Shown here: positions 1 through 9,463 of the stretch, piece after piece
Layout of the letters: each line of letters begins with the position of its first letter
Position numbering within the stretch: position 1 is the first letter of the stretch
Assembly (NCBI GenBank): GCA_041946805.1
Contig: JBHGBC010000050.1
Span: 1-37,364 of the forward strand
Direction of reading: 5' to 3'
Source: a bacterium
GTDB lineage: Bacteria; Hinthialibacterota; Hinthialibacteria; Hinthialibacterales; Hinthialibacteraceae
Length of the DNA stretch: 37,364 nt
Program-made: the position numbers and the translations under genes
Notes under the pieces: model-generated
Seen by the model: only the letters and a program-made list of their open reading frames with translations
Databases searched by the model: none
Told to the model about the DNA's origin: nothing

Positions 1-57
1 TGTTCACCTCCGGGGTGGCTAGTACAATGCGGGTATTATACATCATAAGTCATTATT

Positions 58-175
58 TATCAATGTGTTGCGAGGATTTTGCTGGGATTTTAATTCACGG
101 AAGCAGGACTAAATTTATTATATTAATCTTTTTATTCAAAATCTTGATTGACTTTTCTTTTTGATTTGGTATGAT
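58..175 (+). promoter_or_regulatory. Sigma70-type promoter for the 245..1750 gene, with an upstream IHF-consensus site
   Basis: TTGACT (148-153), 16-bp spacer, TG-n-TATGAT extended -10 (167-175) in an AT-rich tract. TATCAAtgtgTTG (58-70) matches the IHF consensus WATCAANNNNTTR. GGAGG RBS precedes ATG 245. Confidence 0.6.
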
Positions 176-244
176 GACTCCTCGTATGACATGTATTTTG
201 AATCTTTTTAGGCGTCTATCTTCGATGAAGGGGAGGTTAGCAAC

Positions 245-1750
245 ATGTCTCAATCCATTTACGGTCTATTTATGATTGGCGATGGGCTCATTGTATGCGA
301 TTCTGCCTCGGCCGGCGCTTCCTCGCCTACGCTTCCCCTGCTCGCTTTGCTTTCCGAATCCGCCGGTCCCATCGCCGGGGCCACGGAGCCGGAGAGTACC
401 GTGCCGTTCATCCCGGCGGTGAAATCCGAAGATAATAAACAGGTGGAAATAATGATCGTGGATGACATCATTACCATCGGGACTCAAAGCCAAGATTACA
501 TTTATGACGTCGGAGTCGCCAACCATGGGAATTGGCAAGATATGAATTTTGGCGATATCAATTATTTGGGAGTATGGGCTAATGGTCATATTTCGGGCAT
601 TAATGATCATGCATGGAGAACATACATCTCTTTCGATATACGCCGATTCATAAGTGATATGGGATATTCACCTGACTCAGTGACATTGAAGAATATCCTA
701 GTATTATTAACGACCAACTTAACCCGAACCTCTCAAAACTTATCTTTTGAAGTTCATGTCCCCGACACAACGTGGGATGAAAACAATATAACTTGGAATA
801 ATCAACCTACATTCAGTTCAACAATTTTTTCATATGTTCCTAAAAAAATAGAAAATGAAGTAGATAGACTAGAGAATGACAACCTTCTTAACCGATTCAT
901 CGGTTATTTGAATGATCCAAACGAAAGTTGGAAGCGGGGAATTGTTATTACCGCACCCAATGCCCCAAATGAGGCGGATTATATTTTTGGTGTCGATTAT
1001 AACTCATCTGAAAATGAGCTGATGGCGACCAGACCGAAGGTTATAATATCTTTTTCATTACAATCCTGCGCCTCCCTCTGCGGCGCGAAGTTCCAAGACC
1101 TCGACCGGGACGGCGGGTGGGACCCGGGCGAACCCGGTCTGCCCGGGTGGACCATCCATTTGATGACGCCGGACGAGGAGAGCCTGGAAATCCAAGTCAC
1201 GGACGAAAACGGTTACTATTGTTTTGATTCGATCCAGCCTGGAGATTACGTGATCGCCGAAGAAATTGTGAACGGCTGGTTCTCCACCAACGGTATTTCC
1301 CGGAACTTCACCGTGAAACCGGAGGATTGTAATACCACAATCTCAATTGCTCCATTCGGGAACCACGCATTGGAGGGATGCATGCCCCTTTATTGGAGTG
1401 ATAATCCCCAGGCCTGGGGCCCCACGGGATACTCTCCCAAACAAAAAATCAAGACCCTATTCTCCTTGCCTCCCTATCTGTCCAAGCTGGGCAATGAGGA
1501 CTTGATCGATGCCTTGCTCCTCAAGGACAAGGACCAGGGGAAGATTCGGGTCACTGTGGCGCAGCTCCTGCTCAGGGAAGCGGTGGCGGCCCTCCTCAAC
1601 GCGTCCCATACCAGCGTGTCCTATCCCATGGAAGCCACAGAAATCATCAAAGTTGTCAATGAAGCGATCGCTTCCGAAGACGCCTACGCGATTATTAAAC
1701 TCGCCTTGGAATTCGAGCAAGAAAACAACCGGATTTGCCCGTTGCCCTAA
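245..1750 (+). CDS. Modular, probably exported protein: DNRLRE/CBM96-like domain + SdrD B-like domain + C-terminal 'GC.P.YW...LLREAVAALLNA' domain
   Basis: 501 aa. RTYISFDI and WDENNITWNNQP are DNRLRE-type motifs. GAKFQDLDRDGGWDPGEPGLPGWTIHL...TDENGYYCF...PGDYVIAE is a typical SdrD-B/Cna-B repeat. RBS present; the signal peptide is atypical. Confidence 0.75.
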   Translation: MSQSIYGLFMIGDGLIVCDSASAGASSPTLPLLALLSESAGPIAGATEPESTVPFIPAVKSEDNKQVEIMIVDDIITIGTQSQDYIYDVGVANHGNWQDMNFGDINYLGVWANGHISGINDHAWRTYISFDIRRFISDMGYSPDSVTLKNILVLLTTNLTRTSQNLSFEVHVPDTTWDENNITWNNQPTFSSTIFSYVPKKIENEVDRLENDNLLNRFIGYLNDPNESWKRGIVITAPNAPNEADYIFGVDYNSSENELMATRPKVIISFSLQSCASLCGAKFQDLDRDGGWDPGEPGLPGWTIHLMTPDEESLEIQVTDENGYYCFDSIQPGDYVIAEEIVNGWFSTNGISRNFTVKPEDCNTTISIAPFGNHALEGCMPLYWSDNPQAWGPTGYSPKQKIKTLFSLPPYLSKLGNEDLIDALLLKDKDQGKIRVTVAQLLLREAVAALLNASHTSVSYPMEATEIIKVVNEAIASEDAYAIIKLALEFEQENNRICPLP

Positions 1751-1947
1751 GGACATTCAAATCTGATTGATGAAATCGGAATCCGCACGGCGATGGAAAA
1801 CGTGGCCCGGCGATCATCAGTCTGGCTTTCTTTTTGACCACCGTACCCTCTTTACTTTTCCCTCCCGGATATCGACAATAAAATTCAATGTTTACTTTCC
1901 TCGCGGGACGAGGCAATCGCACATCTCACTGACGGGGGAACGATGGC

Positions 1948-2070
1948 ATGAACCTCCTGCGCTGGATAGGCATCGCCCTAGCGGCGTTGCTCCTCTCCAC
2001 TCTCCGGGACGGGGCGGCGGGAAGGCGCTACGGCGGGCTGGAGCGCATTTTTTTCTTCGGCCATGGATAG
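1948..2070 (+). CDS. Small 40-aa ORF resembling an isolated signal peptide (possible gene remnant)
   Basis: MNLLRWIGIALAALLLSTLRDGAAGRRYGGLERIFFFGHG*, with purine-rich GGGGGAA upstream. Below the ORF-track length cutoff. Confidence 0.3.
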   Translation: MNLLRWIGIALAALLLSTLRDGAAGRRYGGLERIFFFGHG

Positions 2071-2081
2071 AGGGTGGAAGA

Positions 2082-2875
2082 TCACCCGCCATAACCTAGC
2101 GCGCCTTCGATCACGGCGCTCAATCCTTCGACCGGCACGGCCTGGTGGACGGGGGAATCCTGAAACTCATCGGACCAGATCCACTCATCTCCCCGGCGAA
2201 CGGCGATTCCCCGGACCAGCCCCCCGCCCGCGCGGCACCAATCCACGAGGGCCTGGTCATCGTCCAGCCTCGGAAGGGAGAATGACGATGATGTCGAAGG
2301 TCGAATGAACCAATCCACGAGGGCCCGGTCATCGTCCAGCATCTAAACGTAGGCATGCCAGTTGTCGGCGTGGACCTGAATCTTCCGTTTCATGGCGGCC
2401 CGGCGCTCAGCTTCCCATGCCATGAAGGCTTTCCAATCCGGCCTATCGGCCCACGCCGGTCAAGAAGTACCTGCCATCCTCCCGCAATATCAGATAACCG
2501 CGCCCATCCCGCTTGGTTCGGTTTCATCAACAGATCTTCAAAATACTGGATATTTTGCTTAATCTGTTCTTCTCGGGCTGGACTCAACCTAGACCAGGAT
2601 TCGGAACCCGTCTTACCAGTCAACCGATCCACAACCATCTTCACGAGATCTTCAACTTCTCGTTCTCGGGTGGCCTTGAACTCTTTCTCCCATTCCAGGA
2701 ACGCTTGCCAATCCTCCCGGCCTTCCCAGCGGTGGTTCAACTCTTCCCGCCAAGGTGGCGCATCCTCAAGCAACGCGGATAATCCATCCCATCCCGCCTG
2801 GTCCATCAACCTACCCTCGTAAACCGGGAGCCATTTCTCGATCTCCTCTTCTCGGGCTCTTTCGACATGATTCAT
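2082..2875 (-). pseudogene. Disrupted hypothetical repeat protein (1-bp deletion near 2453, in-frame TAG at 2343-2345)
   Basis: ATG 2875 has an AGGAAGGGG RBS. The first repeat, QAGW...NHRWEGREDWQAFLEWE, recurs as QAGW...DRRWADRPDWKAFMAWE only if one base is restored at 2453/2454. That frame then reads ...HAYV*MLDDDRALVDW and continues to 2082. Confidence 0.65.
2237..2340. repeat. 32-bp direct repeat x2 (72-bp period)
   Basis: ACCAATCCACGAGGGCC(T/C)GGTCATCGTCCAGC at 2237-2268 and 2309-2340, one mismatch. In frame on the minus strand (LDDDRALVDW / LDDDQALVDW). Confidence 0.9.
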
Positions 2876-3063
2876 GGCTAAAATCCCCTTCCTCGTATGG
2901 AATGACCGCCCGGGATCCCTGGGAATGGTTCGATGATCCGCATTGAATCCCGCAAGGGCGGAAAAGTGGAAAAAAGGGACGTTTTTCAATCTGAATTGTA
3001 GCTATTCAGTAGCTAGAAGGAAAGAAGGCCTGGAAGGATTTTTGTAACTTCAAGTAAATCAAC

Positions 3064-3136
3064 TGAGTGAGGTGGGACTCGAACCCACGACCCTCTGCTT
3101 AAAAGGCAGATGCTCTGCCGACTGAGCTACTCACTC
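3064..3136 (-). tRNA. tRNA-Lys(UUU), CCA not encoded
   Basis: Minus strand GAGTGAGTAGCTCAGTCGGCAGAGCATCTGCCTTTTAAGCAGAGGGTCGTGGGTTCGAGTCCCACCTCACTCA. 7-bp acceptor stem, anticodon arm TCTGC-CTTTTAA-GCAGA, GGTTCGA T-loop. Confidence 0.97.
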
Positions 3137-3293
3137 ATACGGTCTTTTCTAGTCAGGACGCGTCCAATTATACCCGGCCACCGCCTCCAGGCAAGAGCCT
3201 TGCTCCTTCTTCTGGAGGGGAGGGCGGTTACCGCCGGGTGATGCGCTAACCGGAATGGAGGAAGCTGACTGCTTCTACCAGAATGAAAAGCGC

Positions 3294-3809
3294 CTAGCGG
3301 CGGGTGAAGCGCGCGCCGGCCCAATCGGCGTGGTCGGAATTGGTCCCGTCCCCGCCGTCCTTCACCACCAGGGTCAGCTGGCTGATCCACTCCACGTTCA
3401 CCAGCACGCGGTAGGCCGGCATGTTGGCCCGCAGCACGGGGCTCTCGTACAGCACCACCCCGTCCCCCAGCACCTGGAACTGCACCGACGAGGGCGAGTC
3501 GTCCTTCATCGCGTCATCCACGCCCACCTCGGCGATGAAATGCGTGTACCCGGCCGGGACCGGCACGTTCACCTCGGAGTTGGCGTGCACCGCCAGCCCC
3601 TTTTCGTAATATTTCTCGTGGATGATCAGGCTGCCCCCGGCGATGGCCTTGTCGCGCTGGGGCTGCGCCCATTCGAATTTCACCACTTCGAATTCCTGGT
3701 CGCTGACGTACAGGTCCTTCGCGGGAAACGACTTCCACGCCACCACCCCCAGCACGAGAATCAGGGCGATGCCGAGGGCTAACGCCAATTGCTTGAATTC
3801 GTTCATCAT
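3294..3809 (-). CDS. Membrane-anchored NPCBM/NEW2 carbohydrate-binding domain protein
   Basis: N-terminal hydrophobic helix; YEKGLAVHANSEV, FIAEVGVDD, SVQFQVLGDG.VLYES and DGGDG..SDHADWAGA are NPCBM motifs. Confidence 0.85.
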   Translation of the reverse strand: MMNEFKQLALALGIALILVLGVVAWKSFPAKDLYVSDQEFEVVKFEWAQPQRDKAIAGGSLIIHEKYYEKGLAVHANSEVNVPVPAGYTHFIAEVGVDDAMKDDSPSSVQFQVLGDGVVLYESPVLRANMPAYRVLVNVEWISQLTLVVKDGGDGTNSDHADWAGARFTRR

Positions 3810-3953
3810 CAGGTCACTTCACCACCGTTTTGCGTCTGGAATGGGGGATCGAACCCAACCGCCGGATGAATCATGGGTGGAGGACGCCGTTCCGTCAAGC
3901 CGCCCCAGCCGCCTGAATCTTCAGGCCGGGCGGATTGCGGGGATCATCGCTGT

Positions 3954-4772
3954 TCATCCGGCGGGGCCGGTGGGCGGGGGGCTTTCGGGATCCGCGAGCT
4001 TCTCGTAGTGGATGGTGATCTTGAGGCCGGCGAAGTTCGCGTCCATCTTGGTCAGTTTGTTGTTGCCGGATTTGAAAAACAACTCCACGACGGCCTTGCG
4101 GCGGTTTTCCGGATCCTTGACTGTTACGCCCTCGGGGGGTTGCAGCCGGTAACGGTAGGTCACGTTGGCGGTGGCGTCCTGTACGGTGCTGGAAAAGGGA
4201 ATCCCCAGCCCTTTTTCGATGAGTGCGCGGGTAGGCAGGGCCTGCTTGATTTTGGGGAGGGATTCGGGTTTCGCGCGGAGTTGCCGGTTCTTTTTATCGA
4301 TCTCGGCCTTGCCCAGGGAGCGAAGGGATTGCTCCAGGAACTCGGGCGGGACGATCTTGAGAAACAGGGGGGAAAACGTCACCGCCACCAGCCGCTGCTT
4401 CTCATTGAAACCGAGGGAAAAAACGATCTGGGTATCCGGACTGTCCAGGGTGGAATCGGGCTTGAGTTTTTGAAACACGTAATACCAGGTCTCGCCCGCC
4501 TCCCCGGTTTCCCGGCGGCTGGGATCGAGGCTTGACAGGTAGATCAAATCCTGGCTGAGGATCTTGGGCTCCAGGATGTGCAGGATGAAGCGGCCGTCGA
4601 CTTCCACCCGGAAAAACTGATCGAACTGGGCCAGTTGGTTTTGAAATTCGAGCAGGCGCAGATACACGCATCCGGAGAAGGCGGCCAGCAGCAGGCCGGT
4701 CAGCCACGCTCCACGCCAGGACAAAAAAAAGGCCCGGTGAGGAGTACGAGCATCCGCGGGCTTTTCGCGCAT
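3954..4772 (-). CDS. Hypothetical lipoprotein
   Basis: 272 aa; lipobox-like LLLAAFSG-C after a hydrophobic stretch; codon usage looks like a real gene. Confidence 0.7.
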   Translation of the reverse strand: MREKPADARTPHRAFFLSWRGAWLTGLLLAAFSGCVYLRLLEFQNQLAQFDQFFRVEVDGRFILHILEPKILSQDLIYLSSLDPSRRETGEAGETWYYVFQKLKPDSTLDSPDTQIVFSLGFNEKQRLVAVTFSPLFLKIVPPEFLEQSLRSLGKAEIDKKNRQLRAKPESLPKIKQALPTRALIEKGLGIPFSSTVQDATANVTYRYRLQPPEGVTVKDPENRRKAVVELFFKSGNNKLTKMDANFAGLKITIHYEKLADPESPPPTGPAG

Positions 4773-4902
4773 CGTGCAAACTCCCTTATGCCGGGCATTC
4801 TGTCAGTCTTTTGGAACCGGTCAACCGCCAGGCGGTTCTTTCGCCCGGGGGAGTGGAGTAAAATGAGAAAAGGCAAGAGCCAGAATGAATGAGGAATAGA
4901 CC

Positions 4903-5268
4903 ATGCCGGAATCCGTGAAAAATCCACCCTATATTGTCAAGCGGGCCGCGGAGGTGCCGCCGGTCGAGTGCCCGTGCGGCTCCAGCACGCGGATCATCAC
5001 CCGCGACGATACGCCCGTGGCGGGATTCCATATCACCCACATCCGGGATTCACGGCGGCATTTTCACCAGCGGACCACGGAGATCTACCACATCCTGGAA
5101 GGCCGCGGTTTCATGGAAATCGCCGGCGACCTGCTGGCTGTGGAACCGGGGACAACCCTGCTGATCCACCCGGGCGTGACGCACCGGGGGTTTGGCGATT
5201 TCAAGACCATCGTGGTGCCTATTCCCGCCTTCGATCCGGCGGATGAGTTTTTGGCGGAGGAGGCGTGA
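4903..5268 (+). CDS. Cupin-domain protein
   Basis: 121 aa; HFHQRTTEIYHILEGRG and IHPGVTHRG cupin metal-binding motifs; GAGG RBS. Confidence 0.85.
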   Translation: MPESVKNPPYIVKRAAEVPPVECPCGSSTRIITRDDTPVAGFHITHIRDSRRHFHQRTTEIYHILEGRGFMEIAGDLLAVEPGTTLLIHPGVTHRGFGDFKTIVVPIPAFDPADEFLAEEA

Positions 5269-5370
5269 TCGATTCTCCTGTTTCCGCACTCCGGGTAAGA
5301 TTTCCACTTCCACTGGGGGAGCGCCGAGGTGAGGAATGTTCTCATCGAAGGATTCATCCTGGGAAATGTC

Positions 5371-5397
5371 CTGGATTCCCGCTTTCGCGGGGATGAC
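5371..5397. repeat. REP-like palindromic element (GTCATCCCCGCGAAAGCGGGAATCCAG on minus strand)
   Basis: CCCGC-GAAA-GCGGG hairpin between convergent genes; degenerate second copy at 21569-21595. Confidence 0.75.
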
Positions 5398-5602
5398 ATG
5401 ATGGTGGAGATTCTGGATTATTGATCGGCCTGGCGGGTAACGTGCGGGACGGTGCGCCTCCGGGTGAACCACGGAAACCGGTGGCGGGACCGGTGAGGGA
5501 CCACGGGAATGCACCGTTGGATTGCGTTTCCTCCCCCCGAAGGCCGGGAGGGTGAGACCGGGGGTGGGAAGGCGGGAAGGCTTCGCGCCTCGCGTGCCGG
5601 GA

Positions 5603-8026
5603 TCACACCCCGATTTTGCCTTCTTCCTTCAGTTTCATGAGGTATTTCTGCACACTGACGGGGCTGGCCGAGTGATGCTGGAACACGGGGATGTTGTTTT
5701 CCTTGGCGTATTGGACCGCCAGCAGGATGCCCGGATCGGTGATGGCTTCGGAGGAGAAGGTGACCATGACGTCCGCCTGCTCCACCCGTTGGGCGATTTC
5801 CCCGTCCGGCACGCCCGCCAGTTTGAGATACCAGGCGCACAGGCCGCCCAGTTCCTTCACGATCCGCTGGTAATCCTCGGCGTTCTTCTCCTCGCCGCCG
5901 AGCAGCAGGACTTGTTCGCCCCGGAAAATCTTGACGGGTTTCACTTCCTCGGCATCGGTCAGGCCGAGTTCTTTCAGCAAGTCGAAATCGAGGTCCTCTT
6001 CTTCCTGTTTCACTGGACCGCCGGAGGGCTGGGTTTCCGCTTTTTTCGAGAGGCCGCCGATCCCAAGGGATTCCAGGTCGAGGTCATCCAGGTTCAAGTC
6101 GTCCAGGCTGATTTCCTCGTCCGTCAAGATGTCATCTTCCTTGGCCGTGACAGTAGCGGCCGCCGCTTCGCTGGTTTCTTCCTCCTCGAGACCGAGGCTG
6201 GCGAGATCGATCTCGCTGAGGTCCCCCAGGCTTCCCAGGTCCACTCCCAGATCTTCTTCCTCCTCTTCCTGGACCGCCTGGGTCATGGTGGAGAGGAGGG
6301 GATCCGCCGGGCGGGGCTTTTCCGGTTCGCGTTGGAGCTCCGCCTTGATTTCCGCAATGGGTTTGGATTCCAGTTTGACTTCCGTCGCGGTCCTGGATTC
6401 GGTCTTGACATCCAAAACGGATTTGGTTTCCGCCGCGGGTCTGGTTTCGGCTTTGATCTCCGGGAGCGGCTTGGCTTCGGCTTTGGGGAATTCAGAGACC
6501 GGAGGCTGAACCGGGGATTCCTCGTGGATCACCTCTTCGATGCGTTCATCGACGATTCGTTCTTCGAGCGCCTGGTCAGGCTCCAGCAAGGCTTTTTCCC
6601 AGGCTTCCAAGGTTTCGGCGCTGAGGGAATCCTCGAGCGTGAACGAATCGAGCGTCTCTTCGGGCGCGAGAATTTCGTCAGCGGCCGCGAACGGATCGCC
6701 GGCCGGTTCTTCGAGCGTCATGGGCGGCTCGATTTCCTCTTTATCTTTATCCGAGTCAAACATGCCGAGGAATTGTTTTTCCGGGGTGGGGGCGGCGATT
6801 TTTTTCTCCAGACCGGCGATTTTCCTTTCGAGCGCCGCGAGTTGTTTCCGCAAGGCGTCCAGCGCGCCATAATCGGGCTGGATCATCACCGGCGCCTTAG
6901 CGGTGGAACTCTCGAGGGCGGGAAGGGAGATCCGGACCCGCGGATTGTGGAGAATGAACAGGCCCGCGGTTTTCCCGGCGAAGGCGATGGTTCCCTGAGC
7001 CAGCAAGGCGGCGTCGGGGATCAGTTCCACGGGATCGTTGTAAATGCGGGAGAGGGCCGATTTGAGGCTGTCCGGATCGATGGTGACCGGTTCGCCAGTG
7101 TCGGGCAGCGGCGTTTCCACCATCTGGCTGGTCCGGGGGCCGGCCAGGATGCGGATGCCGCATTGCTTGCCCACCACCACCAGTTTGTCCTGGTGGATCA
7201 AGTTGTCATCGGTAACCAGTTCGATGGGCTCTTCGTAGATTTTTTCACACGCCCGCGTCAGCGAAGCGAGAGAGATGTCGATCCCCCCCAGCTGCACCGT
7301 CCGGGCGGGATACCGGGTTTTCTGGATTTTGCCGCCGTGTGCCCGTTCCATTTTTTCCCTCGCTGGGATGGATTGATCATTCCGCTGATCCGCCGCGCCT
7401 GATTTCTCTGTCAATCGGGGTTCTTCGTTTTCCAAGGAGGCGAGCAGCGAATCCACCTCGTCCAGGACGGCTTCATTTCCGAAATCCGCGCCGGCCGGAT
7501 CGGCCGCGTAGGCCGCGGCCAGTTGTTCCATTTCTTCCAAGGGTATGCCGCCCATTCCGTCATCCAGGTCCGTGCCGGCGCCGGATTCATCCGCCGGGGA
7601 AACGAAATCGTCCCGGTCCCGCGGGGCGTCCTCCGTTTCGTCCAAGCCCAAGACCGCCGGAGATTGGAGATGCTTGCGGGCCAATTGCGCGGCCAGGTCG
7701 TGGGCGCTGATCCGGTTGTCACGCAGGAGGCTCCATAGCACCAAACCCAGCATCCGCCCCGGCTCCAGGAACTCGAAGGTCATGCCGTTGCGCAATTCGG
7801 GCGCTTTCAAGGCCTGGATTTTTTTCCGCTGCGGCGTGGCTTCCTGGTCCAGAAGGCGGATCAGCTCGCAGCCATCCCCGGTTTCATTGAGAATGGCGTC
7901 CACCGCGGCATCGTACACATTCGCGCCGGCGGGGAGGTCCTGCAGGATGCTCCTCAGTTGCGCGGATGAAAAACAGGAATGGAGGATGAGTCGCAGTTCC
8001 GGAGTGTTCATGATCGTTTCGGCCAC
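5603..8026 (-). CDS. Large acidic protein with a duplicated central domain and C-terminal DUF2325-like domain
   Basis: 807 aa, GTG start with AAGGGAGA RBS. Long D/E-rich low-complexity tracts. C-terminal VLLLGG...ADVMVTFS...AVQYAKENNIPV resembles DUF2325. Confidence 0.75.
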   Translation of the reverse strand: MAETIMNTPELRLILHSCFSSAQLRSILQDLPAGANVYDAAVDAILNETGDGCELIRLLDQEATPQRKKIQALKAPELRNGMTFEFLEPGRMLGLVLWSLLRDNRISAHDLAAQLARKHLQSPAVLGLDETEDAPRDRDDFVSPADESGAGTDLDDGMGGIPLEEMEQLAAAYAADPAGADFGNEAVLDEVDSLLASLENEEPRLTEKSGAADQRNDQSIPAREKMERAHGGKIQKTRYPARTVQLGGIDISLASLTRACEKIYEEPIELVTDDNLIHQDKLVVVGKQCGIRILAGPRTSQMVETPLPDTGEPVTIDPDSLKSALSRIYNDPVELIPDAALLAQGTIAFAGKTAGLFILHNPRVRISLPALESSTAKAPVMIQPDYGALDALRKQLAALERKIAGLEKKIAAPTPEKQFLGMFDSDKDKEEIEPPMTLEEPAGDPFAAADEILAPEETLDSFTLEDSLSAETLEAWEKALLEPDQALEERIVDERIEEVIHEESPVQPPVSEFPKAEAKPLPEIKAETRPAAETKSVLDVKTESRTATEVKLESKPIAEIKAELQREPEKPRPADPLLSTMTQAVQEEEEEDLGVDLGSLGDLSEIDLASLGLEEEETSEAAAATVTAKEDDILTDEEISLDDLNLDDLDLESLGIGGLSKKAETQPSGGPVKQEEEDLDFDLLKELGLTDAEEVKPVKIFRGEQVLLLGGEEKNAEDYQRIVKELGGLCAWYLKLAGVPDGEIAQRVEQADVMVTFSSEAITDPGILLAVQYAKENNIPVFQHHSASPVSVQKYLMKLKEEGKIGV

Positions 8027-8035
8027 CTTTCTCCC

Positions 8036-8566
8036 TTACCAACCGCCGGTGTTCTCCTTGGATTGCTCGGGATGTTTGTTTTGCGGCGATAGTTGTTCCG
8101 TCAATTCGATCACGCGGGGGTGGGACAACACCACGATCGCGCCGGTCTGCAGCACATTCAAGGTGATGAACCAGCCCGGCCCCGCGATTTGCAAGGTCTT
8201 CGTCCAGGCCTCCCACAACAGCAGCGCCACCGTCACGATCATGTCCAGCCCCAACAGCCCCACCAGCATCTGCCGGGACCAGGCGTGAAACCGCAGCAGC
8301 CAGATCGAACCGAGGATCACTCCATTCCACAACAACAGGCTATAGACGTTCAGCGCGATGAACCGGGCGGAGGTCTGGTGGATCTCCTGGAACGCGGCGT
8401 ACCATTCCGGATGCGCGGCGGGATTCATTTTACCGGTCAAAAAGGCCCAATACGCGAACAACGCGATAAACGAATCCAACACCGACATGGACGCGATCAA
8501 CAGGCAAACGATCAGGGTCACGCGCAACAACAATACAATGTCCGCCAGGCGGTTTTCCTCATTCAC
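8036..8566 (-). CDS. Hypothetical integral membrane protein (about 4 TM helices)
   Basis: Hydrophobic segments throughout. The likely start is GTG 8566 (AAGGGG RBS) rather than 8674. Confidence 0.7.
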   Translation of the reverse strand: MNEENRLADIVLLLRVTLIVCLLIASMSVLDSFIALFAYWAFLTGKMNPAAHPEWYAAFQEIHQTSARFIALNVYSLLLWNGVILGSIWLLRFHAWSRQMLVGLLGLDMIVTVALLLWEAWTKTLQIAGPGWFITLNVLQTGAIVVLSHPRVIELTEQLSPQNKHPEQSKENTGGW

Positions 8567-8800
8567 GTTCGGATTCCCCTTGTTCGATGGAAAATTCCCG
8601 GAACGGCCTTTCGCGGTTGTCCACTTCCGGGCGTCCTCCATCTTATCATACAAGGGACCCGGCGCTCCTGCCATCCGGAAAAGGGGAGACGGATCCGCCC
8701 GTGGCGCTTGGTTTACCCTGTTCAGTTTTCGGACGAGAGACTAAAATCCTTTAGAATGAAGCGGTTGCATTTTTAGAGGTGTAGATGGGAGAAACCGCCG

Positions 8801-9463
8801 ATGGAGGTTCCCCGCGATCCCGTGAAGATCGGCCTGGCGATCACCGGCGCCAGCGGTATCCTCTATGGACTGAGGGTGTTGGAAGAATTGGCGCGCCGCC
8901 AGGCGGTCGTCCATCTGACCCTCAGCCCCAACGCCCGGCACATCGCGAGGCTGGAGCTGGGCGTCGACATCGACTTGGACACCGGCCGCATCGAGGGCTT
9001 GGACAACCGGCTGTACGAGTGGATCATCTACCACCATTACACCCATGTCGGAGCCGCCCCCGCCTCCGGTTCCTACGGCATGAAAGCCGTGGCCGTGGTC
9101 CCCTGCAGCATGGGAACTCTAGGACGCATCGCCACCGGCGTTTCCGAGAACCTGGTGGGCCGCATGGCCGACGTGGCCATGAAGGAACGGCGTCCCTTGA
9201 TACTCGTCCCCCGCGAAACTCCCTACAATACGATTCACCTGCAAAACATGCTGACTTTATCCCAGGCCGGGGTGACCATCCTGCCCGCCAGCCCTGGTTT
9301 TTATCATCATCCCCAGTCCATCCGTGAATTGACCGATTTTGTCGTCTCCCGTGTCCTCCAGCATCTGGGATTCGACGGCGGCTGCCTGGTCAAGGGCGGA
9401 TGGGGCGAGATCGACACCGTCTCCACGAAGACGCACTTGCAGTGCAACGAGAACCATGCTTGA
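8801..9463 (+). CDS. ubiX: Flavin prenyltransferase UbiX
   Basis: ITGASG..YG, AAPASGS, PCSMGTLGRIA.G, LVPRETP and PASPGFY motifs. Confidence 0.95.
   Translation: MEVPRDPVKIGLAITGASGILYGLRVLEELARRQAVVHLTLSPNARHIARLELGVDIDLDTGRIEGLDNRLYEWIIYHHYTHVGAAPASGSYGMKAVAVVPCSMGTLGRIATGVSENLVGRMADVAMKERRPLILVPRETPYNTIHLQNMLTLSQAGVTILPASPGFYHHPQSIRELTDFVVSRVLQHLGFDGGCLVKGGWGEIDTVSTKTHLQCNENHA

Noticed and set aside
2237..2340. 32-bp repeat / 40-bp spacer / 32-bp repeat resembling a mini CRISPR array
   Set aside because: Only two copies, no cas genes or leader, and the 72-bp period is in frame with a protein-like repeat in the pseudogene.
2343..2345. TAG read-through or alternative genetic code
   Set aside because: TAG is the normal stop of rpoC, tuf, the HAD gene, DUF1080 and the NPCBM gene; the same ORF also has a frameshift.
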